Positions 50,806 to 61,495 of a stretch of 64,000 bases of DNA are shown here, one piece after another (the first letter of the stretch is position 1; each line of letters begins with the position of its first letter). The stretch comes from Malacoraja senta. Its lineage: Eukaryota. Below the pieces are notes generated by a model. It was given only the letters and a program-made list of their open reading frames with translations, made no database searches and was not told the DNA's origin. Both the position numbers and the translations under genes were made by a program. The stretch lies in assembly GCA_038087875.1 (NCBI GenBank), contig CM075992.1:5334001-5398000 (forward strand). The letters are read 5' to 3'.

Positions 50806-51114
50806 AGTTTAGTTTAGAGATACAGCGCGGAAACAGGTCCTTCGGCCCACCGGGTCCGCGCCGACCAGCGATCCCCTCACATTAACACTATCCTACAACC
50901 ACGAGGGACAATTTTTACATTTGCCAAGCCAATTAACCTACAAACCTGTACGTCTTTGGAGTGTGGGAGGAAACCGTAGATCGCGGAGAAAACCCACGCA
51001 GGTCACGGGGAGAACGTACAAACTTCGTACAGATGGCACCCGTAGTCGGGATCGAACCTGGGAGTCCGGCGCTGCATTCGCTGTAAGGCAGCAACTCTAC
51101 CGCTGCGCCACTGC
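50806..51114 (-). mobile_element. HE1-like SINE (young, CpG-rich)
   Basis: Family match with retained CpGs. Confidence 0.87.
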
Positions 51115-52149
51115 GAACGCCCATCAGTTAGCTGATGCCCAGTACATTCTTGTGGGCTGTAGGGCCTGTTTCCTTGCTGTATGGCTCTATGACTTTCTGA
51201 CTAATTGACATTTGTGTGACCAAGCATTTATCGCTCAGTAAACATGTTTTTGTGAAGTAATCTGTAACAGCTATTTTTGGCAGTGCAATGCAGCAGCTGA
51301 GGTAAAACGCTATAATCTAATTAAAGACCTCATCCTTTCTTCAGCATTTTCTGTGCCATGTGAGAAATTGTATCGCATTCCAATGGGCAGCTGTCAAGAC
51401 TGGCTCTTTCACTGCCATTGCTTCGCTTGCTCAAGGCAGAAGGGTGGACATATGCGACGGGTTAACTAACGTACACCACTTCAAAAAGCGTGAAGGTAAC
51501 TCTTCCAGACCAACACTTGTCTGTGTAGGAAGGAACTGCAGACGCTGGTTTATACTGAAGATAGACACAAAATGATAGAGTAACTCAGCGAGACAAGCAG
51601 CATCCCTGGAGAAAAGGAATAGGTCACGTTTTAGGTCGGAACCCTTCCTCAGACTTATACTGGGGGGAATATGATTGGATGGATGGATCGTTATTGCATA
51701 CAACACCCACTTTAACCTTATGAACCTTTTCTGCACCATCCATTCTGGGATGAAGGCGTGTGTCACAAGATTTCTGTAGGCCATGAGCCGATAATTAAAT
51801 AGCAATTGTGACTTGTGTACTTTATTCTGCTCCCTCTGATGAACTAACTATTTAGCTTATTTTCAATGCCTTCAAAATCAAAATGAGATTTCAAAGAACA
51901 TTATTGGAGTATATGACATCTGAATCTAAGCTGAATGTTTATTGAAAGCAATGGTTAAAGAGGAACTCCATGATTCATTACCTTGAGAGTCCAATCATGC
52001 CAATTCCCATCGCTCCACCAACACAATAATTTTCAGGTTTCGGGTCGGGTCCCATCTCCATGACCGCCACAGATGCTGTCTGACCCACTGAGTTACTCCA
52101 TCACTTTGTGTCTTTTTTTGTAAACCAGCCTCTGCAGTTCTTTGTGTAT

Positions 52150-53080
52150 ATCATTTTCTGACACTTCCACCACCTTCAACGTGATTCCACCACCAGTCAC
52201 ATCTTGGCATCCCCACCCTTTATCCTTCCGCAGGGACTGCACCCTCTGCAACACCTTGCTTCACTCACCCTTCCTACCCAAATTCAATGTTCATAGCATT
52301 AGTTTGTAAGTTACCTAAGCGGAATATAATGACTCCAGTTTACACATGCCCCCTCCTCAGGTACTTTACCCTGCAACCGCAGGAGATGTAACACATTTCT
52401 ATACCACTTTCTTCACATCCATCCAGGGACTCCAGCAGTCCTTCCTGGTGAGAAAGAGGTTCACGTGCACCCTCCCTAACCTCATCTACTATTATTCCGT
52501 TTAAGAAGGAACTGCAGATGCTGGAAAATCGAATGTAAAAATGCTGGAGAAACTCAGCAGGTGAGGCAGCATCTATGGAGCATCTATGGAGGAGCAGCAC
52601 CTCATATTTCGCTTGGGCAGTTTGCACCCCAGCGGTATGAACATTGACTTCTCTAATTTCAGGTAGTCCTTACTTTCTCCTCCCCTTCTCAGCTCTCCCT
52701 CAGCCCTCTGGCTCCACCTTTCTTCCTCCCCCCCCCCTCATTCCCCCCGCCCCCCCACCCTCACATCAGTCTGAAGAAGGGTTTTGACCCGAAACGTCAC
52801 CTATTTCCTTCGCTCCATAGATGCTGCCTCACCCGCTGAGTTTCTCCAGCATTTTTGGCTACCTACTATTGTTCGGTGTTCCTGACCTGGCCTCCTTTTA
52901 CAATGCCGAGACCAAGCATAGACTAGGCGACCATTTTGCTGAAGACTTGTGCTTGGTCCACCAATGCATGCTTGAACTTATGTTCGGTAACCATTTTAAC
53001 TTCCCTTCCCATTCCCATCTGACCTTTCTGTCCTGGGCCTCCTGAATTGCCAGCGTGAAGCCACACACAAACTGTAGTGT
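52150..53080 (+). mobile_element. Older Neptune-like PLE (Zn-finger linker + GIY-YIG) with a younger PLE nested at 52498-52862
   Basis: SFRRD..L.N.L...GTLPCNRRRCNT...SIQG.QQSF.VRKRFTCT..NLIY, then AETKHRLGDHFAEDL...NHFNFPSHSH. Nested insert has TSD CTACTATTRTTC. Confidence 0.75.
52771..52798 (+). ncRNA. Minimal hammerhead ribozyme motif
   Basis: CAGT-CTGAAGA-A-GGGT-TTTG-ACCC-GAAACGTC-ACC. Confidence 0.75.
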
Positions 53081-53559
53081 CAAACTCAAATACAATAGAT
53101 GGTGCAAAGAGGAAGATACAGACTGCAGAATATAGTTCTCAGCATTGTGGTGCATCTGTTCCTTAGACAAAGTCCAATGTCCGCAGTGAGGTAGAGGAGA
53201 ATCGGACTGTACCCTAGCTTCTGTTAGGACCATTCAGAAGCCTATGTTTCTGGACGAAACTGTTCCCGAGTTGATCTTCTTATGGCCACATGGGTATCCC
53301 CCAGGTGCTCAAGTTTTCTCCCATATCCCAAAGATGTACGAGTTAGTAGGTTGATTGTCCACTGTAAATTATCCCTTCTGTGTTCATGAGTGGTAGAATC
53401 TGAAGGGGAATTAATGCAAATGCAGGGAGAACAAAATTAAATTCGTGTAGGATTAGTGTAAATTAGTGTGTGATGATTGGCAGGGGATCAGTGGGTCAAA
53501 CGGCCTATTTCCATGCAATGTGACTAAGAAAAAACTTGCTAGAAATGCTGGCAAGAATA

Positions 53560-54340
53560 AGGGTCTGAAGAAAATCAGTATTAGTTAAACAAATTATTGA
53601 AGACGTTAGTGAGTCTGAAAGCTATTAATTCCCAAAGATCCTTTGATCCATGTTTCAAAGTTTACATTGGTCATCAACTTTCAAAATTCTGGGAATGTTT
53701 TGAGTAGATTGAAGGGTTGCAGATATGACCACACAATCTTATAAAGGAGCGAGGGAAAACTCAGGAATCTAGCAACGGTAATGGGGAAAATGCCAGGGTC
53801 TCCAATGAAGTACATAATAGCAAAGCACGTAGGAAAGAATAATAGGATTAGGCAAAGTCAACATGAAAGGAAAATTGTGTTTGACTAATCTATTTGTTCT
53901 TTGAGGACGTAATTAGCAGAATTATTTGGAGTATTATGTGCAATTCTGGTCACCCCATTACAGAAAGGATGCAGAGGCTTTAAAATGGGTGCAGAGAGAT
54001 TTACCAGAATGCTGCCTGGATTAGTCAGTTATAAAGAGAGGTTGGATAAATGGAATGTTTTCTCTGCAGTCGGAGGTTGAACGTCAACTTGACAGAAACA
54101 TGTACATTTATGATAGGGCATAGATAGGGTAGACAGTCAGAATCTTTTTTCCAGTGTTTTGGGTGTCTTTGGAACTCTTTATCACATATGGCAATTGAAG
54201 CAGAGTTTTTGAATATTTTCAAGGCTGTGAAAGATTAAGACAGTGGAGTAGAAGTGTTGAGGTTGTAATCAGTTCAGCCATGACATTAAATAGTCAGCAA
54301 AACGAAGGGTCGAGTTGCCTATTCCTGTTCCTAGTTTGTG
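53560..54340 (+). mobile_element. Highly degenerate, internally deleted CR1 LINE
   Basis: Scattered matches to CR1 RT motifs (GK.CLTNL..FFEDV; LEYYVQFWSPHYRKD). Confidence 0.7.
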
Positions 54341-55022
54341 TGTTTGTATGTAAGATTTCTGCCATTAATTATTGTCTTTGTGGCCTCTACCCATACTGAG
54401 CAAAGCATTGGATCCATTCCATGGGCCACAGTGTTCGGAAATAGATGTATCACTCAAGATTGTTTCAACTAGATTGCAAAATGTTTGAAGACATTAAGAA
54501 CCGTTTGAATAGCATTCCATTTGTCAAGTTGATTAGAAAATGTCTATGAAGTCTACTAAAACCTATCAATCTCATTTTACTTCATGCATAACTATTTCAA
54601 TACCATTCACAGGCTATCAGTATTTATTTTTTGTATTTCATTTGTCATCCTTCAGTCTCTGAAGTTACTCTGCACAGATGACTTAGTATTTCCACATTGC
54701 ATCATCAAAATCTGTTTATCCTCTGAAACTGATATCATTTCTGAATTTAAGCAACATTAGCTAAAAATCCCAGACATTCTTGAAAATTAAAGACCATGGT
54801 GGTCTTGATATTTATCCTTGGGGAAGTATGGCAAAATGCAGAACTTCTCCTTACTGCAACACAACTGCTAACTAATATCTGCTGCTTTCCCAACTAGTTT
54901 CTTATCCATTCCCATGGTCTACCCCAAACCTCACAGCACAGAGCATTAACTGGTCCTTCGTTCAGAATGTGAAAAGATAGACTTGCAGATCCTCTGACAT
55001 CCTCAGAATATACTTTCAAAGT

Positions 55023-55431
55023 GTGTTGGAAGCTAGGGGTGTTGACAACCCAGCGGTATGAATATTGATTTCTCTAATCTCAAGTAACCCTTGTTTCCCC
55101 TTTCTCTCCATCCCTCCCCCCCCACCCTAGTCGTCCTACTAGTTTTACTGTCACCCTCTTAGTTTCACTTTCGTATGCCTTCATTATTTCCTTTTACACA
55201 GCCAACAATGGACCATTGTGGGCTCCATCTTTTCTTGATCATCAGTGCTGGCTTTGATTTGTTCTTTTCACATCTTTCATTCATATGTTCTTTGTACCTT
55301 TTCATACCGCTGGTTTCCCACTTCCCGGACTCTCAGTCTGAAGAAGGTTCTCGACTCGAAACGCCACCCTTTTACTTTTCACCAGAGATGCTGTCTGACC
55401 CGTTGAGTTACTCCAGCATTTTGTATCTAAG
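55023..55431 (+). mobile_element. PLE 3' fragment with long 3' UTR and terminal module
   Basis: QPSGMNIDFSNLK* then UTR and degenerate hammerhead. TSD TACTTTCAAAGT (55011-55022, 55432-55443). Confidence 0.75.
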
Positions 55432-56435
55432 TACTTTCAAAGTATGCGTAGAGCTGGATTCTAAGCCTCATTGGCAGTTCCAGGAACCTTGTGGTTAGAG
55501 CATTATTAGAAATGTGGGAAAAAAGACTTCCATCTCTTAACACTGCTTGTGAACCACATTATTTACTTGGACAATCCATATGCGGATTTTAAAATGTGAC
55601 CACATTTAGAGAGGCATTTTAAATAGACATATTTTATGTATAAGATGATCTTGCCCCGACCCCTGGTCCAATAGTTTCACGATCACTGTTATTGATGCTG
55701 TGGGGACACAAGGAATTGTAGATAACGATGCTGCCTGACCCGCTGAGTTACTCCAACATTTTGTATCTATCTTTGATGTAAACCAGCATCTGCAGTTACT
55801 TCCTACACACATATTATATATGACTTTGGAAACACAAGGAACTGCAGATGATAGGAGGCACAGCCCAATACTGCCCGATGAAAATGTAGATGTACCAGTC
55901 AGGACAATCCCACCTGCCGCATTCCCAAACCACCCCACCTCACATTGAGTCCAACCGGACCAGTCCCATCATTTAAAATATAGCCTCGTAACAGGTCCTT
56001 TGGTCTACAATGTCCATGCCGAACATAATGCCAAGGCTCCCTTTTATTGTACAGCTCCGAAGTTGCCTCTTTCCTCTGGGACATTCCAATCTTGCCTTTA
56101 CATTGCAATAAAAACTACAATTCTTCTCATTGTACTGACTTGCTGGTTTTTCTGATGAACTTATCTTCAGTACAGTTGAGGACACTCAGCTTATTAACAC
56201 TGCCTGATACAAACTGTAACTAGCACACCCTATACACAAGGGCATGGCAGCACTCCAGACAAATTACTGGACCAGAAATACTGGTGTAAAGTCATTAATC
56301 AGAAACATTTGTTAGATTTTTTTCTCTACTGATATTGCTTGACCTATTCAATATTTCAATCATTTTCATTTTTATATTTTTGATTGACGAGTATCTTATG
56401 AGTATTCTTTCCAAACAACTATTATCTGGACTAAT

Positions 56436-56748
56436 AGCATGGCACAGTGGCGCAGTTTGTAGAGCTGCTGTCCCACAACCCAAGAGACCAGGTTCGATCC
56501 TGACTTTGGGTATTGTCTGTGTGGAATTTGCATGTTCTTCCCGTAACTGCATGGGTTTCCTCCGGGTGCTCCGGTTACCTCCCACACCCCAAAGATGTGT
56601 GGGTTTGTAGGTTAATTAGCCTCCATAAAAATAAATGCTACTAGTGTGGATGCGAAAGTAGAATAACATTGTACTAGTGTAATCAGGTGATTGATGGTCA
56701 GCATGTATTTGGTGGACCGATGGGCCTCTTTCCATGTAACATCTCTAA
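56436..56748 (+). mobile_element. HE1-like SINE
   Basis: Family match. Confidence 0.8.
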
Positions 56749-57149
56749 CATTTATACTGAAAAAAATAACTTAAGTTCTTGTTCTGAAGTCCTATTCTAT
56801 AGTGCTTCAAATCTCATTGAAGAAGGTTACCAATCTGAAACATGACCTATCCATGTCTGTAGAAGGGTCTTGACCCGATACGTCACCTATCCCTTTTCTC
56901 CAGAGATGCTGTCTGACCCGCTGAGTTACTCCACCACTTTTTGTTTTCTTATGTAAACCAGCACCTGCAGTTCCTCATGTCTCCAAATACTCCTACAGGT
57001 ACCTGTTAAAAGTAATCAAATTTACTGCCTGCACTGCTCTTTTGGACAGTGAGCCACGAACTCTAATCCCAATAACCCGTAATCACATTAAACCCGTGCA
57101 TTTTGTTTCTTGGTTTCTTGGTCCTCCAAAATATTCCACATGGAATTTA

Positions 57150-57432
57150 AACTGGAGGTGGTGGAGGGAGGACTTAAGCCAGAAAGGGTTCTTGGGAAGA
57201 AAGAGCTACCTTAAATGTAGTTGCATCTGGTTGGGTAACTAAAGTAGGGTGAAGACTATTCCATGCTTTAATTGTGCGGGGGAAGAATGAATTGGTGTAC
57301 ACATCTGTCTTGGTAGCTGGTATCTCATATTGGATCGAATGCCCTCGTCTGCTCCTAATTAGTTTGGGTTTGGTGTTGGTTTTGTAATCTATGTCGAGCT
57401 GACCATTTAACATTTTGTAAAAACAGGTCAAA
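57150..57432 (-). mobile_element. Divergent CR1-group LINE 3' coding fragment
   Basis: FYKMLNG...RSRRGHS..Y....TKTDVYTNSFFPRTIKAWNSLH...F K. Confidence 0.7.
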
Positions 57433-58779
57433 CGGTGATTTGGTTAACAGTTTAAAACGTTGAGAAACAGTGAGGATTATGGGGATAAGGAGCATAGAAT
57501 GGAAAGTGGGCACTGTTGATGAGTTTCCATAACTTAAGGATGAAAACAATCTGCCTGAAATATAAAGGTCAGTACCCTGCTCCGCAGGGAATTGTATATT
57601 AGAAGAACTTAATTGGTTAAAGGCTTTTTATAAAAAAAGGTCAGGTCACAAAACAAACTGTAAAGAGGCAATATAACTGTGATTAAAAGTTATTTTCCCA
57701 CACACTAATCCTGCAGTACATATTTAAACTGACATTTTGACATGCGGCGTCATCTTTTCTGTTCCCTAATAGTGTTCTTGGAAGAAAAAAAAGTCCTCTG
57801 GCCCACCAATAAGATCGAATGTGTTATCCAACTTGTGTGTTTTCTGAAATGAAACCATTCTTGGAATTATTTGGGCGCGGCAAGTATTAAGTGTTCTGAT
57901 AATAACTTTCCGCTTGCTCCATCACATATCCGATGACACCAAGAAGAGGAGCATGGAATTATTTAACACCTTCGAGCTCATGGAATGTTCCAAGGCTACT
58001 CTGAAAGAAAGATTGGGCAAAATTTGATGCAGAGTCAAGGAGGGCGATCAGTAGGGATGAATAAAGCCAATGTTGGTGTAAACAAGCGAAGGAGAAAGAA
58101 AAGGAGGGAAGGGTGAGTGAGGAAATTCCAGAGCTTAGGGCCTGGGCTGAAAACATTACTCTCGGTGTTGGAATGGTTGAAGGGTTCCAACACAAAAACA
58201 TTATCTATCTATGTTCTCCAGAGATGTTGCCTGATCTGTTGAATTACTCCAGCACTTTGGCTCTTTCTTTTTGTAAACCAGCATCTGCTGTTCCTTGTAT
58301 TTAGTGTTGGAGTGGCTACCAGTGTGGTGATGAGCGGAGGTTTAGGGTCACCCAAGACTGAGTCGTAGTCAGACAGCATGGTTATAGGCATGGAGCCAAG
58401 GGCACAGGTGAAGAGAGGTCACCAACAGGTGATTAAAGCTGATCCCACATTTATACTTATGGTTTAAGAAGCTCTAAAGTATGAATTTCCATTGTTGGAC
58501 AGATCATTGTTTCTGCCAGGCCGTGTGTGTGAAACACGCCTTCATTCACCATTGCCCATTTCCCTCTTAAGATCAAGACAGCACAAAGACACCAGAATGG
58601 AAGCAGAAGAGATACTTGCACTGAGCATTGATGAGCATAGGCCAGGAATGATACTCCAAAATGGATCAAATTCATTGGAAAAAGGTTCTGACTGTCTACC
58701 TTACCTATGACTCTCACAATTTTATACATTTCTGTCAGGTCTCCCTTCAACCTCCAGTCAAATTAGATTAAGGACATAG

Positions 58780-58884
58780 AAATCTGAGTTGGATGATCAG
58801 CCATGATCATATTGAATGGCGGTGCAGGCTCGAAGGGCCGAATGGCCTACTCCTGCACCTAATTTCTATGTTTCTATGTTTCTA
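58780..58884 (+). mobile_element. CR1 3' end
   Basis: Matches the young CR1 terminus with (TTTCTATG)n. Confidence 0.9.
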
Positions 58885-60889
58885 AATATGGCAGAGGAAA
58901 GGATTCCATTGTGAACAGAATGGTGTTTTAGACTCCTTCAGCATGTCAATTTCTTAAGAGCCATTTAATTTGTGTTCCATGCTATCTAGCTTTGTCGGAC
59001 TGCTGTTCATAATCTGAGCATTTCCTTCAGAAAATAAGGGAGCAGAGTTCTCATGGTTATCAAAAAGGCATATCCTTAAAGCAGTCAAACAGGCCGTGTG
59101 GGGTATCACTTGTCTTACCATTATTGGGGATAATGTACATCGAAAGAAAACGACTAGCTAGAAAAGCATATCAAGGTAAACAAGGATAGTTAACTTCCTA
59201 TTCACCACCCACTTCCCCTTACTATCTAAGCTCTAGTTTAGTTATGCTCCACCACTGACACAGCCACAAAGCCCAGCCTTCCTTCCTTTCCCATCAGTTT
59301 ACTCATGGCCTTTGAATGGTCCATGGCCCAACCCTGCCTCCACACCCTCACTGTGACTCATTCCCACCCAGTAAATGGGTGAATTGACCAATTTCACAGA
59401 ATCCTAAATCTCTGGGGTGAACTTTTCTCCTTTTCCACCCTTGGTGGAAAGAAAGCCTTTCTCACACACTGCATAGTTCAGAAATTCATGTCAGCAGAAT
59501 TAGGCCATTCGGCCCATCAAGTCTACTCTGCCATTCAAACATGGCTGATCTATCTCTCCCTCCTAACCTAATTCTCCTGCCTTCTCCCCATAACCCCTGA
59601 CACCCGCATCAGAACCAAAAATGAACTGGGGTTTTAAACTGTCTCCCAGTCACCCTCAGTCCATTTTCTGCTCAGCAATGAAATCTGGTTTAATTCCCCA
59701 AACATATATCTGTGGCAGCATCCTGAAAGATGTGTTCAACTCACACATATTTCAGTGGCTACTCTTGACATTTTAATACCTTCCCTATCAACACATCCAC
59801 CATTCTAATCGCACTCTTCTTTACTGTCATTTGCCGTGTTTTCATTTTCAGATCCTTACATTTCAGCTACCAGTGGCAATCTTGTATTGGTTGGCAGTCT
59901 AGTTTTTGCTACGAGATGGGTGAGGTTTACAATAGCCTCTCTATCCACCTCCCCCACAGTTACCGTCCAACTCCACCAGAATGCTGGCTGGATTAGAGGA
60001 TATTCGCTACAAGAGTCAGAGAGAGAGTCACGGAGTCATACAGCGTGGGAACAGGCCCTTCGGCCCAACCTGCGACACTTGCAACATGCCCCATTTACAC
60101 TAGTCCCATCTACCGCGTTTTGCCCATATCCGTTTAAAACTATCCTGTCCCAACCCATGCACCTATCCAAATGTTTTTTTTAATTTATGATATTACCTAA
60201 AAGGTGAGATTGGAGAGACTTGGATTGTTTTATCTGGAGCACTGGAGGTTGAAGGCAGACTTGATAGAAATGTGTTAAATTATGAAATAAGTAGATAAGG
60301 TATTGTGGCACAAACATTGTGGGTCGAAGTCCCATTCCAGTGCTGTATTGTTCTATGTCTTATGTTCACAATACTTTCACCACTTCTCTTCTGGTCCCCC
60401 TCGGTCCACCTCCACCCTCCCTTTTGCTCCCTGGTCTCCCCCTCTCCTTATCCAGCTCGTGTCCACTGTCCAAGTGGACTACATTTGTCCCCGTGGTCAA
60501 TCTACTAGCATTGATGGGGCCACGTTGACCTGTCCTGAGGGGGAACCACAAGCTGTCAAACACTGGTAGAAAGGTTCTCCTTAGATCTTCTGTTCCCACT
60601 TCAAGATACCGAGACAGGAGAAAACAATTAAACAATTAATAACATTCATTGGTTTTTAAAAAATCTTTCCATGGCTTGAGGGGCTATATGAGCGAGCAGA
60701 ATACATGTACTTTGCTGCCTCTTGAGAGCTTAGAGCTTATAAAACAATGTTTTGAGAGATTAATAGTATCTGTCAACATTGCTATTTACAGTTAAATGGA
60801 GTACAGTTTAAACTTCCCCCATTCATTCAGCTCTGTATTTGCTCAATGGGGAGGTCAGTTTAATGATCTAATTTTATGCTGCACACAGC

Positions 60890-61030
60890 TTCACACAAGA
60901 GTTTATGCAGACCTTTTCACAACCTCAAGACGTCTGAAAGTGTTTTACAGCCAATGGAGTTCCTTTTGAATCTTAGTTACTGTTGTAGTGGGGTGGCTAA
61001 TCTGCACACAACACGATCCCACAAAGGACA
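60890..61030 (-). mobile_element. Ancient DeuSINE-like 3' part
   Basis: Reverse complement TTTGTGGGATCGTGTTGTGTGCAGATTAGCC...CATTGGCTGTAAAACACTTT..GACGTCTTGAGGTTGTGAAAAGG. Confidence 0.5.
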
Positions 61031-61213
61031 AACACCCCATCACCCCATACACAGTGAACCTGCTCCAGTTTGGTGGAAAACCCAAAGTTTAACAGAATCC
61101 TAAGGTTCAATGGAGTGACACTACATAGAAGTATATAAAAGTATTTAAAATGATGAGAGCATAGTCTGAAGAAGGGTCTCGACCCGAAACAAAAATTAAC
61201 TGGGGTCCCTAAC

Positions 61214-61319
61214 AGCAGAGCCCTAGTGGTGGGTGACTCCATTGTCCGAGGAGCAGACAGGAGATTCTGTGGCGGCAGACGATATGCGAGATTGCCTCCC
61301 TGGTGCCAGGGTTCAGGAC
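61214..61319 (+). mobile_element. CR1 ORF1 SGNH-esterase fragment
   Basis: SRALVVGDSIVRGADRRFCGGRRYAR/CLPGARVQD (GDS block I, CLPGA block II). Confidence 0.8.
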
Positions 61320-61495
61320 TCCGGTTTCCTCCCATACTCCAAAGGCATACAGGTTTGCAGGTTAATTGGCTTCTGTAGATTGTAAATTATCCCTAGTATG
61401 TTGGATCGTAAAAGTGTACGGGGTGATCACTGGTCGGCGTGGACTCGGTGGGCTGAAGGGCCTGTTTCCACGCTGTATCTTCAAAATCTAAAGTC
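61319..61495 (+). mobile_element. HE1-like SINE 3' half
   Basis: CTCCGGTTTCCTCCC...GGGCTGAAGGGCCTGTTTCCACGCTGTATCT. Confidence 0.85.
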
